Positions 53,061 to 64,000 of a stretch of 64,000 nucleotides of DNA are shown in pieces. The notes beneath the pieces were generated by a model, which was not told the DNA's origin, ran no database searches, and saw nothing but the letters and a program-made list of their open reading frames with translations. This DNA is from Eledone cirrhosa (lineage: Eukaryota): assembly GCA_964016885.1 (NCBI GenBank), contig OZ024742.1, positions 120,590,001 to 120,654,000 on the forward strand. Direction: 5' to 3'. Position numbers and translations under genes: made by a program. Positions within the stretch are counted from its first letter, which is position 1; each line of letters begins with the position of its first letter.

Positions 53061-56000
53061 TATCTTTAATGCAGGTACTATCATCTTGCTTGACTCCTTC
53101 ATTCTACCTTCTCATGACAGTAGATCTTACCAAAAATGATATGAAGGAGACCAGAACTTTAGCAATACCTTTCCTCAAGCTGGAATATGGATAATGTACA
53201 CCAGAAAGATGTACTGTTCTCCTTAGCTCCAGATCAACCTTGATCAAGCAGCCATGCCATGCCAGGAGCACTGTAGTGACATTTAAACTTAGTGGTAGTC
53301 ATCTACTTCTAGGTTTGAACAAAGACAATTACTTCCAGAAAAAGTGAAAGAAGGAGTGAGAAAGATATATAGAAGAAGAATCAACCCTAATAACTTACTT
53401 CCAATAACTCTGATTGAGGTTAATTTACCTCAGTAATATACTGGGGTTGATTCAATCAACTACACCTCCTCTCACCAATATGAGGACTTGTTTTATTGTA
53501 AATTAATCATTGTAGACAAATTTTACATTATTGGTGATTGATTGAAGAGAATTCTCAAAGAATATATTTGGTAAGCCTGTTGTAGTATTAATTGAATGTT
53601 TATGCATTAAAAATAGAATAGAGATATATTAAAGAAACTATCATTTAGAAAGCTCTATACTCTGTAGATAAAATATCAATATAGCATAGCCTTTGACCAA
53701 GTCTAACATGAAAATCTCTGAGCCAAGCTGCCCACCTCTAATCTTTAAGCATCTCTCAGCTTTTGGACTAGAACATTTTTAAAAAATCAGATTTCACTAT
53801 TGCTGTGTGTACTGATGGGGCTCGTGACCCACATCATCTCAACTCTTGTGGGTCCCAAAGTATTGTTATGACCCCTACATTCATACTTGTCTTTATATAG
53901 TTTAATCACTTGTTTGCTGTCACATCTAGCACTGCTCACTATACTCCGATGCAGAAATACTACATCTGACTTGCCTCCTTTCATCAGCCATACTGTGCTA
54001 CATCTCCTTCTTCCTGTGCTCTCACAAAGAACTATTCCCAATGTTTAAACTCCAGTGCCTTAACTCCCTGGAATCCTTCCCATCCACATTTTCCCTGTAG
54101 ATGTCAATTTACAGCTGCTCAAGCTGAATACAATCCCTATTGATTTCACCAGCCTCAAAAGGAATGTAAATATCAAGGGCTACCTTCTTTCTTTCTAGAC
54201 ATAATCATTAAAAAATATATATTGGTAAAGCAGCTATGACTACATTCTAAGAAATTTCAAGAACCTGATTATCAGCTTCCTGATCATAAATTCTCAGTAA
54301 TTTAGGTTTTAACTCTGAATATTCACATCAAAACTAAACATGGACATACATACACACAATGCTGTAATGTAATTAATTTCAATATAGAATAGTAAGAGTC
54401 ATCAAACGAAGATTAATTGTCTGTACAACATAGTTATTTCATACTTGACAATTTATATTTGTATTTCATTGAGCCTGTTCTTTAAGTTTTCAAATTATAC
54501 CCTCCACTGAGCTGAAGATACAACAACTTGCAGAAGTAACTGCATAGCTCTGATTATACTTCAATATTGGACTTTCAGTTTTCTCAATCAATAGTTGGGT
54601 AATTTAAAACCTTTTAGATTAAATATATGATTCTATATTCTCCAGTATGGATTTCCTTGGTAGCATTGTTTAAGATCAAGGTGACACACCTTCATTATCC
54701 TTACAAGGAGTTATAAATTGATGTAATTATCTGTTATTTCTCTCTTTCTCCTTCTTTGTCTCTCCTTCTCGTTTTCTTTCCCTCTTCATGAATATTACTA
54801 CCAGAAATAATTATTTTCTAATGCTGCTACATGTATTTATTATAGCTTTATTCTGTTAAATCATTCTCTTCCAGTCATATATATTCAAGTTATTCATTCA
54901 AATCCTTACCTCCAGCAAAGCTCTATTAGATTTGTCTTTCCTGCATGTTCCTTTTATTTATGAGTTGTTCATCATTTATATGAATATATCTTCAGCTCTT
55001 TATTCTCTGCTTTATTTCTGTCAGCTTTGCATCTAACAGATTATTCACTTGTCGTATGTATTCAGTTATAGTGTTTACAGATAAAATTAACAACTTTTAG
55101 TATTCTGTATTTTATACTCTTACTAACATTATATACTTATTCACTACTGATGTGGTAACTTTGGAGATCTTCCCTCTTAATATCCTGTACCACATAAAAC
55201 CTCACTAGCAAGACATTCTAGAAAAATACAAAACAGTACTATGACTATCTCACATTAAAAATTGATGCCTTTATTCTAATATTGCGAATTTTCACAAAGA
55301 TCTCGCTACCATTAAAGATACTGTAAATGTCTGAATTAAGAAAATAATTTTTTTTAGATATTTTCTGCTAACAGGATGTTAGGAGTTAATGTCTCAATTC
55401 TTTGAAATTTTATTTCTGTCTAAAAACCAACTATAACATTGTTGACAACACTTTGCATTTCAACAAGTTTATTGATTTAATTAATCAATTCATTTTATTT
55501 CTATTGTCTTTAATAATCTTAGAGACTTGCCTTTTACTCAACATTACAAAATACCAAAAATAACAGCAGAGATAATGAAAAGTATTCATAGTGAATTTGC
55601 GTGGTTTAAGCCTGGCTATTGGCAAAAAAGTGAGACTACTAACTATATCAAGACGAATTAAATGTACAAAGAATTTAATAGAATCATTAAGTCAAACCAA
55701 CATGTCAAATGAAAATTGTATATAATAATAATAATACAAAACTTTAGTGAGGAACTGTTTTTAGTTTGGCAACTATTAGAGAAGAGGTCTGTAGTTCCAC
55801 TTTTATTTCTATTTCTCTATCCTTTTTCTCTTTTAGCTTCTCTAAATAGTTTTTCGGTATTTGTTTTTCATTCACATATTTTGGTTGAAATTTTACAATC
55901 TAATTTTCACAGATTACTACTATTTTATAAATCTTTAAAAAAATAAAAGTGGGAAAGCAATGATTCATGGCTCATAATGGCTGATATTAAATATTGATTT

Positions 56001-56789
56001 TGAAATAAAAAAAGTTAGTTTCACTGAATATAGTCATATAGGCAAGAAAATTTGAACCAGCTTTTCTACTAACTGACTTTTGCTAGCATAGTCTACCATT
56101 AGTTTCTTCAGACTCTGCTTTTTATTTTTTTCTAATATATTTCACAGATCCCATTCTTTGTCCAAACTCTATTCCTTATAATAGGCATTTATCTGAAGCA
56201 TACAACCCCACCCCACACATCTATTTCCTGAAACTACTAACATGCAATAATTCCAATTATTTAACAATAAAAATAACTTTTCCCCCGAGATAATATATCT
56301 CAGTCTAAAACTGAGTGTTAAAGACCTTCTTTCAGATACTAAAAATATTACTGAAGAAAGAGGATTATAAATAGTTGAAATATAAACTAGACAATCAATA
56401 ACAGAGAAGATCATTTTTGAGAATATATTGGAGTTTAGTCCTCAGTCTTCAACACAGGAAATCTGATTGATAAACCATAGAAATATTTAATAGTATTGGA
56501 AATTTCTAGAATTCATGAAATTCGATGTAACCTTTGCACAAAGTACTTCCACTTGCAACAGAGACATGACAATGTTATCCCTATGGCATATCATCACACA
56601 ACAGATGATTTCATCAAATACCATTATTAGTTAGGTTATGTAAGTCTATCTTGTAACTAATAGTAGAATGTGAAATTTGTAAGTAGCTTATTGTATATCT
56701 GTAAAATTAACTCTACATACCCAAATTGAAACATCCCCAAAGTGGTTGATATTGATCCCCAGGGTTGATATTGACATTGTATCATTTCA

Positions 56790-57178
56790 TTTCATCATTC
56801 ATTTCATTTTACGTCCACTTTTCCCTGCTTGCAAGGGTGGGACGAAAACTGATTCTGGCTTGATTTCTACAGCTGGATGCCCTTCCTAACACCAACCTCA
56901 TTTACAGTGAGTGCTGGGTGCTTTTTTCTGTGGTGCCAACACGTCCACTTTACAGTGTGGGCTGGGTGCTTTTTTGCCGTGGCACCTCCACGACCACTTT
57001 GCAGTGGAATGATAGGGACCCCAGTCTCTATCATCTCATTTCTACAGCTGAGTGAACTGGAGCAATGTGAAATAAAGTGTCTTGCTCAAGGAAACAACAC
57101 ATCACCCGGTCTGAGAATTGAACTCACAACCTTTCGATTGCAAGCCCAATGCTCTAACCACTAAGCCATGTGCCTTCA
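56790..57178 (-). mobile_element. tRNA/CORE SINE with RTE tail
   Basis: Reverse complement of the 31898 family with about 2 repeat units; ATTGTAT flanks both sides. Confidence 0.85.
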
Positions 57179-57919
57179 TTGTATAAAAAATGAAAATATA
57201 TAAAATGGTTTCTACTTTAGGCATAAGGCCAGCAATTTGAAAGGGAGGGGAAATCGATGAAACCGACCTCAGTGCATTACTGGTACTTTATTTTATCGAC
57301 CCCGGCAGGATTTGAATTCAGAATGTTGACCAATGCTCTACCAATTCTGCCAATCCACCACCCTTGATGTTACAATGAAATACAACTTGCTTATACAGGT
57401 TTCTGATTTATATATAATTAATCTTTATTGTCTATTTTATGTTCTGTTTACTAATGCGTACAGTTAACTTATTTTTGTCCATGCCTAGGATCAATGAAAA
57501 GGTCAAGGATTGCATGAAGGGGTTGAGGTTAATGGTCTAAAATATTTTGCGGTCCCTGCCCTAATCCCTAAAGCCTTTAAGAAAAGAAAAACTATTTACA
57601 GATTAGAATACATTTAACCCTTTAGTAAATCATAAGACATTGTTATTTAATCTCAGTGGACTCTACTTGTTCAATCATATAAGTTTACTGTAATAGGTCG
57701 GCAGTGTGGAGAGGACACACCTATTACTTTATTCACTTACAGAAAAATCCCAAATCAACACTTGATTAGTCATATAGGACAGTAGAGTGGTCTGTTGGCA
57801 TGATTGGTATCTATTACAGCCAGGTGGCCTCATCCAATGAAGGACTTAGTTTTCAGTGCTCATATCATCTTCTTCATCAACAGGAAGCTAACAAAACACT
57901 AATTATATTATCATTTTGG

Positions 57920-58029
57920 TAATAGTAGAGATAGTAGTAGCAGCAGTAGCAGTAGTAGTAGCAGCAGCAGCAGCAACAGTAGCAGTAGTAGTAGTAGTAG
58001 TAGCAGCAGCAACAGTAGCAGTAGTAGTA

Positions 58030-58062
<33 letters not shown>

Positions 58063-58121
58063 GCAGTAGCAGTAGTAGCAGTAGCAGCAGTAGCAGCAGT
58101 AGCAGTAGTAGTAGTAGTAGT

Positions 58122-58159
<38 letters not shown>

Positions 58160-58181
58160 CAGCAGCAGCAGCAGCAGTGCC

Positions 58182-58216
<35 letters not shown>

Positions 58217-58229
58217 CAGCATCAGTGCC

Positions 58230-58285
<56 letters not shown>

Positions 58286-58487
58286 CAGCAGCAGTAGTAG
58301 TAGCAGTAGTAGTAGCAGTAGCAACAGCAGTAGTAGTAGTAGCATCAGTAGTAGTAGTAGTAGTAGTAGCAGCAGCAGTAGTAGTAGTAGCAGCAGTAGT
58401 AGTAGTAGTAGTAGTAGTAGCAGCAGCAGCAGCAGTAGTAGCAGTAGTAGTAGTAGTAGTAGTAGCAGCAGCATCAGTAGCAGCAGC

Positions 58488-58555
<68 letters not shown>

Positions 58556-58672
58556 CAGCAGTAGTAGTGGTAGCAGCAGCAGTACCAGTAGTAGCAGCAG
58601 TAGTAGTAGTAGTAGTAGCAGCAGTAGCAGCAGTAGTAGTAGTAGTAGTAGTAGTAGCAGTAGCAGTAGTAG
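57920..58672. repeat. (AGT)/(AGC) compound microsatellite, ~750 bp
   Basis: Seen directly. Confidence 0.99.
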
Positions 58673-58948
58673 TTTCATTATGAACAAAAAGAAAGAATCA
58701 ACCATAATAATATGCTATGTGTGTTTGTATATCTTTCACCATCATCATCATGATGATCATCACTAATGTCCATTCTCCACACTAACTTGGGATAACTGAG
58801 CTGTCCTGTTGTGAGGCAGGCCAAGTCAGATGATTGTGTTTTACTCATACAGAACAGATTTTTGGCTTGGTTTCTATGGCTGATGCCCTTCCTAACACCA
58901 ACCACATTTAGAGTGTGTACTGGGTGCTTTTCGTCGTGACACCTACAC

Positions 58949-59640
58949 CAGTGCTACTCAAAGTGGTGGTCCACGGACCGGTGTCAGTACGCGAGCCATC
59001 AGCTACCGGTACGTGGCCAGTGTCCAGGCCATGCTAAGGAATGATTTGAGGAATTGGTTATTAAGATAAAGTACAGGAATAATATGGATATTCATTCTCC
59101 ATTGCATGTGGCACTGTCCTCAATTGAACCACGACTGGATAAACTGACAAAGAAGACACAGGCTCACCTTTCACACTAGTAAAGATTAAGGTTATGTAAT
59201 TTTTATTTTTGTGTTAATAAACTGCTTGTTATTTTTTTTATTACTTTTTTTATATGTTTTGATATTGTATTATTTGTTTACATAGGGCGGTGGATTGGCA
59301 GTATCGGTAGAGGGTCGGACGCCATGCTTTCCAGCATAGTTACGTCCCTTTACGATCTGAGTTCAAATCCCGCCGAGGTTGACTTTGCCTTTCATCCTTA
59401 CAGGGTCGATAAAATAAAGTACCAGTAATGCACTGGGTAATTGCTGGCCTTGTGCTTAAAGTAGAAACAATTATTTGTTTACAAAATAAATAGAAGATAA
59501 AAAATGGTCAACTTTTATTATATTCCTTATATATATATCATTTTCGGCATAAATTAATATTACTACGAAATATTAGCGGTACGTGGCACATTGAAAAAAA
59601 AAATGCCGGTCCGCCACATCAGATAGTTTGAGAAACACTG
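58949..59640 (+). mobile_element. hAT (Buster/Charlie-like) deletion derivative
   Basis: TIRs CAGTGCTACTCAAA/TTTGAGAAACACTG; perfect 8-bp TSD ACCTACAC; transposase end VALSSIEPRLDKLTKKTQAHLSH*. Confidence 0.9.
59284..59472 (+). mobile_element. Meta-type SINE nested in the hAT element
   Basis: Full copy; TSD ATTATTTGTTTACA. Confidence 0.88.
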
Positions 59641-60397
59641 ACCTACACAACCACTTTACAGTATGGGCTAGACACTTTTTATTATGACATCAACACGATC
59701 ACTTTACAGTGTGGGCTGGGCAATTGTTGTCATGACATCTACACAAACACTTTACTGTGTGGACTGGGTACTTGTTTTTGTGGCACTAAAATGACCACTT
59801 TACAGTGTGGGCTGGATGCTTTTTGTCATGACACCTACATGACCATTTTACAGTGTGGACTGGGTGCTTGCTTTTGTGGCACCAAAATGACCATTTTACA
59901 GCGTGGACTGGGGACTTGAGTAGAGGAGGTGCATGGGGATTGGAGAGGTAGATCTAGGGGCATGGGTGAGGGGTGGAGTGTTAGGATGTAGAAGATGTAT
60001 GGGTATGTGGCGTATACTGGATGTATGTCTCATCACCTGCACATGGGAAGGTCAGTCTTCTCTTCTGTATTACTGCATAACACCTTCTATGCATTAGAAG
60101 AAGCTCGTATCCTACTCCTTTTCTGCACACTGAGCAAGGCCATTTCCCAGAGGGAATCTGGGCTCTGTTTTCCTTTCTACATATTAGAATTTTGGTCTTT
60201 GACAAGTTAACTTTAAGACCTTTTGATTCTAGGCCATGCTTCCAAATTTTGAATTTTTGCTCTATTTAGTACAAGTCTAAGTTTAATTATTTTGTCGTTT
60301 ACTCTATTTACAACAAGTGCTTTGTCTTCACATTTTTCTGCTACCAAAATCCCTACATTGTCATTTTCCACCCAGAAAACTTTGTTGCATCGTTTTT

Positions 60398-61825
60398 GGT
60401 ATTTGTAACCTCTGTCTTAGTGAGACACTCAAGATTCTTCATGGCGGAACCAAGCTATTAAACAGAAGGGCCGACTTATTCGGTGCCTGCAGACACCTAA
60501 GGACAGGAATTTTCCTCAAACTATATGGATAAACCCCGGTTAAGGCCTCCCACAACGCCCCCCTGTAGGTCCCCTACACCCTGTACCAATGACCAATGGA
60601 CAACAACAACCACCCATAGTTTGTGGTCCCTATGGTGGATGGTCCACCGGATCCTCTACTGGTTAGGAGTCATCAAAACCACGTTTTATTGAACCTGATT
60701 TTATATATATATATATATATATATATGTATTATATGTATATTATATGTATATATATATATTTTTTATGTGTGTATATATGTGTATTTTATATGTATATAT
60801 ATATATATATATGTATATATTTTATATATATATATGTATATATGTATGTATATATGTATTTTATATATATATATGTATGTATATTTTGTGTGTATATATT
60901 TTATGTATGTGTATATTTTATATATATATATATTTTATATATATATTTTATGTATATGTATATTTTATGTATATATATGTATTTTATATGTATATATGTA
61001 TACTTGTGCGTACATATATATATATACACACCTGTATGGATTTGTGTGTGTAGATGTGTGTGTTTCTGAGGGGGTAGGTGTGAGTGTATGTACAAGTCAA
61101 CCAACATAAGTCTTTTATTTCTAAATGTTTCTAAACTATCTAAGTATTGGACTCTAACCATTATTTTAAGTATTACCACCCCACATTAATTCCTCAATTT
61201 GTATGTGTGGATGTGTGGAGGTGGGTGTCAGTGTAGTGCAAGCCAACCAACATAAGTCTTTTTATTTGTAAATTTTCTACTCTAACCATAATTTTCAGTA
61301 GCACCACTCCACATAAATTCCTCAATTTAAGAATGACCTGTAGTATCGAAGTTCATACTATTAACCTTATTTGAATATATATCTGACCAGGAATGCTTTT
61401 TGTGAAAATCAGTCATATGGAACTATTGTCATCTTGCCTGACAGTTTGAACTTTACAACACCACCTGCTTCTTTGAGGTCAAATACCAACCCTACTACCA
61501 TCTACAAACTGACCAATGAGAATCAAGACTATTCCTGCTGACAGCATTAAATTATTCCTAACAAGCTCATATGTCCCAAGGCTCTGATACCATCAACACT
61601 ATAAACACAGAGCTGGCATATCTAAGGACTGACTAACTGCCTGATGAGGTCGTAGCCATTCAATGGCTATCATCGAAATATATATAGCAGTAAATAAAGG
61701 ATTATGAGTTCATGGAATTGACCTATGTTTCGTCACTATTATAACTCCGGAACTTTTATCTTCGTTGAGTGCTCTCTATCCGCATACTGAAGTACTGGAT
61801 TTTACCAACACTTACTTTCTTGCTT
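60398..61825 (+). mobile_element. Naiad-type Penelope-like element 3' end: endonuclease C-terminus, TA-rich UTR, pLTR with hammerhead and tail
   Basis: CNLCLSETLKI...LLNRRADLFGACRH (Naiad-type CxLCxxExxxI..LLNxRxE....CRH); CCAAT 61513; TATAAA 61600; hammerhead 61636; TTGAGTGCTC 61765; then (TA)n. Confidence 0.7.
61636..61691 (+). ncRNA. Minimal type-I hammerhead ribozyme
   Basis: ACTGC-CTGATGA-GGTCGTAGCCATT/AATGGCTATCATC-GAAA-TATATA-TA-GCAGT-AAATAAA. Confidence 0.85.
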
Positions 61826-61842
61826 ATATATATATATTATAT

Positions 61843-62129
61843 GGCAACACGGTAAAAACCTCCCAGCCCCACACTGTAAATGTGGTTGGTGTTAGGAAGG
61901 GCATCCAGCTGTAGAAAACCCGCCAGACAGTCCACGCTGTAATGTGACCGTGTAGGCAACACGGTAAAAACCTCCCAGCCCCACACTGTAAATGTGGTTG
62001 GTGTTAGGAAGGGCATCCAACTGTAGAAAACCCGCCAGACAGTCCTATGCGAGCAAGACAACGACTCTTGCCTCAAGTGGGAAAACCCCCGTCCAAACCC
62101 ATGCAAGCGTGGAACACGGACGCTAAACC

Positions 62130-62160
<31 letters not shown>
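61843..62160 (+). mobile_element. RTE 3'UTR fragment with internal duplication
   Basis: Near-identical to 6265-6490; between (TA)n tracts. Confidence 0.9.
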
Positions 62161-62200
<40 letters not shown>

Positions 62201-62250
62201 TTGAAATAAAATGAAAACGAAATTTCATTTCTCACTCTTAGTACGGCACT

Positions 62251-62289
<39 letters not shown>

Positions 62290-62294
<5 letters not shown>

Positions 62295-62474
62295 AGGGTG
62301 TGGTAAGATACCAAGTGGACCATAACCCACCAGAGTACTCGATACTTGGGGTGGTAGAGTGAGTAATATGAAAAGATTCAGGACCCCGACGGCTGAGCTC
62401 TGGCCGTTTCGACAGCTAGATCTAGCTGTCGAAACAGTCGGAGCTCAGCCGTCGGGGTCCTGAATCTTTTCATA
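62290..62474 (-). mobile_element. Fold-back element, family B (palindrome ~62366-62474, tail 62290-62365)
   Basis: AAAAGATTCAGGACCCCGACGGCTGAGCTC...GAGCTCAGCCGTCGGGGTCCTGAATCTTTT centred on AGATCT; tail homologous to 47945-48017. Confidence 0.75.
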
Positions 62475-62776
62475 TATACATACATATATATATATATATA
62501 TACATGCATACATACATATATGTTATTATATCCTAGAATAAAGCACCAGTTATGCACTGGGGTTGATTTAATTGACTTTTCCCTTCCCTTCAAATTGCTG
62601 GCCTTGTACCAAATGTAGAAACAATTATTATATCGTAGAAAGAAACTATTAAAATATTATACTTCCCTTTAATCACTTCCACGTGCCAGTTCTCAACATA
62701 AACTATAGGGTTTCTCTTAGAAAAATCTTTAATTTATCAAACATAAATTTCCCAGTTTGTATGATTGTTAACATAC

Positions 62777-62870
62777 CTGGTAATCCAGGTATATACGGCA
62801 TGCCAATCCTAGACTCCAAAAATTAAATACATGCAATGCTATTGCTGTCTTTATTGCCGACACCGTTTCA
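62777..62870 (-). other. Candidate host exon (94 nt)
   Basis: Acceptor TATTCTCTAG| and donor CAG|GTATGT; one fully open frame (ETVSAIKTAIALHVFNFWSLGLACRIYLDYQ), or UTR plus MPYIPGLP. Confidence 0.3.
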
Positions 62871-64000
62871 CTAGAGAATATAAATTTTAAAAAATTAGGT
62901 GTTCAATAGCATAAGAAATGCAGTGAATAGTGGTATCAAGAGAAAGAAGTAGATAAAAATAATCAAGTTAATGCTATCTTAAGGATAGGAAAACCGACAG
63001 AGAGGTCAGCAAAAAGACAAGATGAGGAAGAGAGAGAAAATCAATACTGTTGTCACTGTAGGTGACGCTAATTCTAACCATTTAATCAGAACTAGTTGAC
63101 AGCTACAGATGAAAAATCTCTGTTTAATTCAAATAATGACAGAAAATGATTTCTCGATTTTTCTTTCAGTTAAATATATTTACTTACTTTCATATTTATG
63201 AATTGCAGCAAATTGGCAGAGTTGTTAAGGCATCAAGTTAAACATTTTCCAGTGTTTGTTCTGACTTACTGGGCTCTGAGTTCAAATCTCACTGAGGTTA
63301 ACTATCACTTTCATCCTTTCAACATTGATAAAGTACGAGTCCAGTACTGAGGCTGGTTCATCTTCTATCTTTCTTAATCACTTTCTCTCTATCTCCCCTG
63401 CTTTCTCTGAAAGAAATTGGCTCTGTTCCAGCCTGGAAAAGGATGGGTTCCACCTGGATTAAAATTTCCAACACATGCCATGTGTTGGAAATTTTATAAG
63501 TACTCCCATGACTCCAGCATGAGTTGAGGGCCTTTTACTTTTACATATTTATGCAGGGTTGAGAAGGTTAGGTTTATCGATTTACTGGCAGTGAATTGGC
63601 AAAAGCATTAGAGTATCAAATGAATTGCCTCAGTATTTCTTCCAGCCTTCTATGTTCTGAGTTCAAATCCCTCCAAGGTTATCTTTGCCTTTTGTCCCTT
63701 CTGGATCAATAAATAAAATGACCAGTCCATAGGTGGTGGTTTAGTGGAATTGTTAAAGAGTTGGATAGGATGTATTGTGGTATTTTATCTGGCTCCGTAA
63801 ATTCTGCATTCAAATCTTAACTTCTATTGTTAGGAAAATGGTGATCTTTCTACAACTGGCAGATGGTATTGGACCAATAGAAATATAGCTTCCTAGGACT
63901 GGTACCATGATCAGCTCTTTTCTTTTTTTCCTCCTGAATTATGAGTTGTAAATTCAAATCTATGGCAAATGTTTCATTTAGTGTCAGATTTAGACTTCGT

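Larger units (their letters stand above)
58740..60390 (-). mobile_element. Internally deleted RTE LINE (APE piece, RT end, repeat-rich 3'UTR) hosting nested insertions
   Basis: Minus strand: VGILVAEK..VNRVNDKIIKLRLV (60260-60390); PSGKWPCSVCRKGVG (60105-60250); 3'UTR repeats at 59641-59915 and 58740-58948. Confidence 0.8.

Noticed and set aside
57911-58705. 264-aa poly-Leu and 255-aa Val/Ala ORFs
   Set aside because: Translations of an (AGT/AGC)n microsatellite
60398-61825. Selenoprotein/SECIS feature of Naiad elements
   Set aside because: The fragment is too short; no in-frame UGA or convincing SECIS is visible

Overview
AT-rich, repeat-saturated animal genomic DNA. The SINE, LINE and microsatellite landscape resembles a coleoid cephalopod such as octopus (inference). 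No intact host protein-coding gene is recognisable. The window is a mosaic of RTE-clade LINE copies (one ~750-codon open RT ORF with a PHD-like finger), two tRNA-derived SINE families (Meta-type; CORE-type with RTE tail), TTAA-flanked piggyBac-type MITEs, Helitrons (one with a PIF1 helicase remnant), Buster/hAT and Tc1/mariner remnants, CRE-like fragments, and Penelope-like elements (PLEs; a Neptune-type GIY-YIG remnant and a Naiad-type C-terminus). The main hidden signal is a set of short non-coding elements in or beside (TA)n tracts. They carry minimal type-I hammerhead ribozyme motifs with palindromic stem III, are mostly built as fold-back inverted repeats with one ribozyme per strand, and end in a 3' tail with a shared TTGAG-type motif about 50-60 nt from the (TA)n. 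One is linked to a Naiad-type endonuclease end. All family names come from motif recognition by eye; no database search was run.
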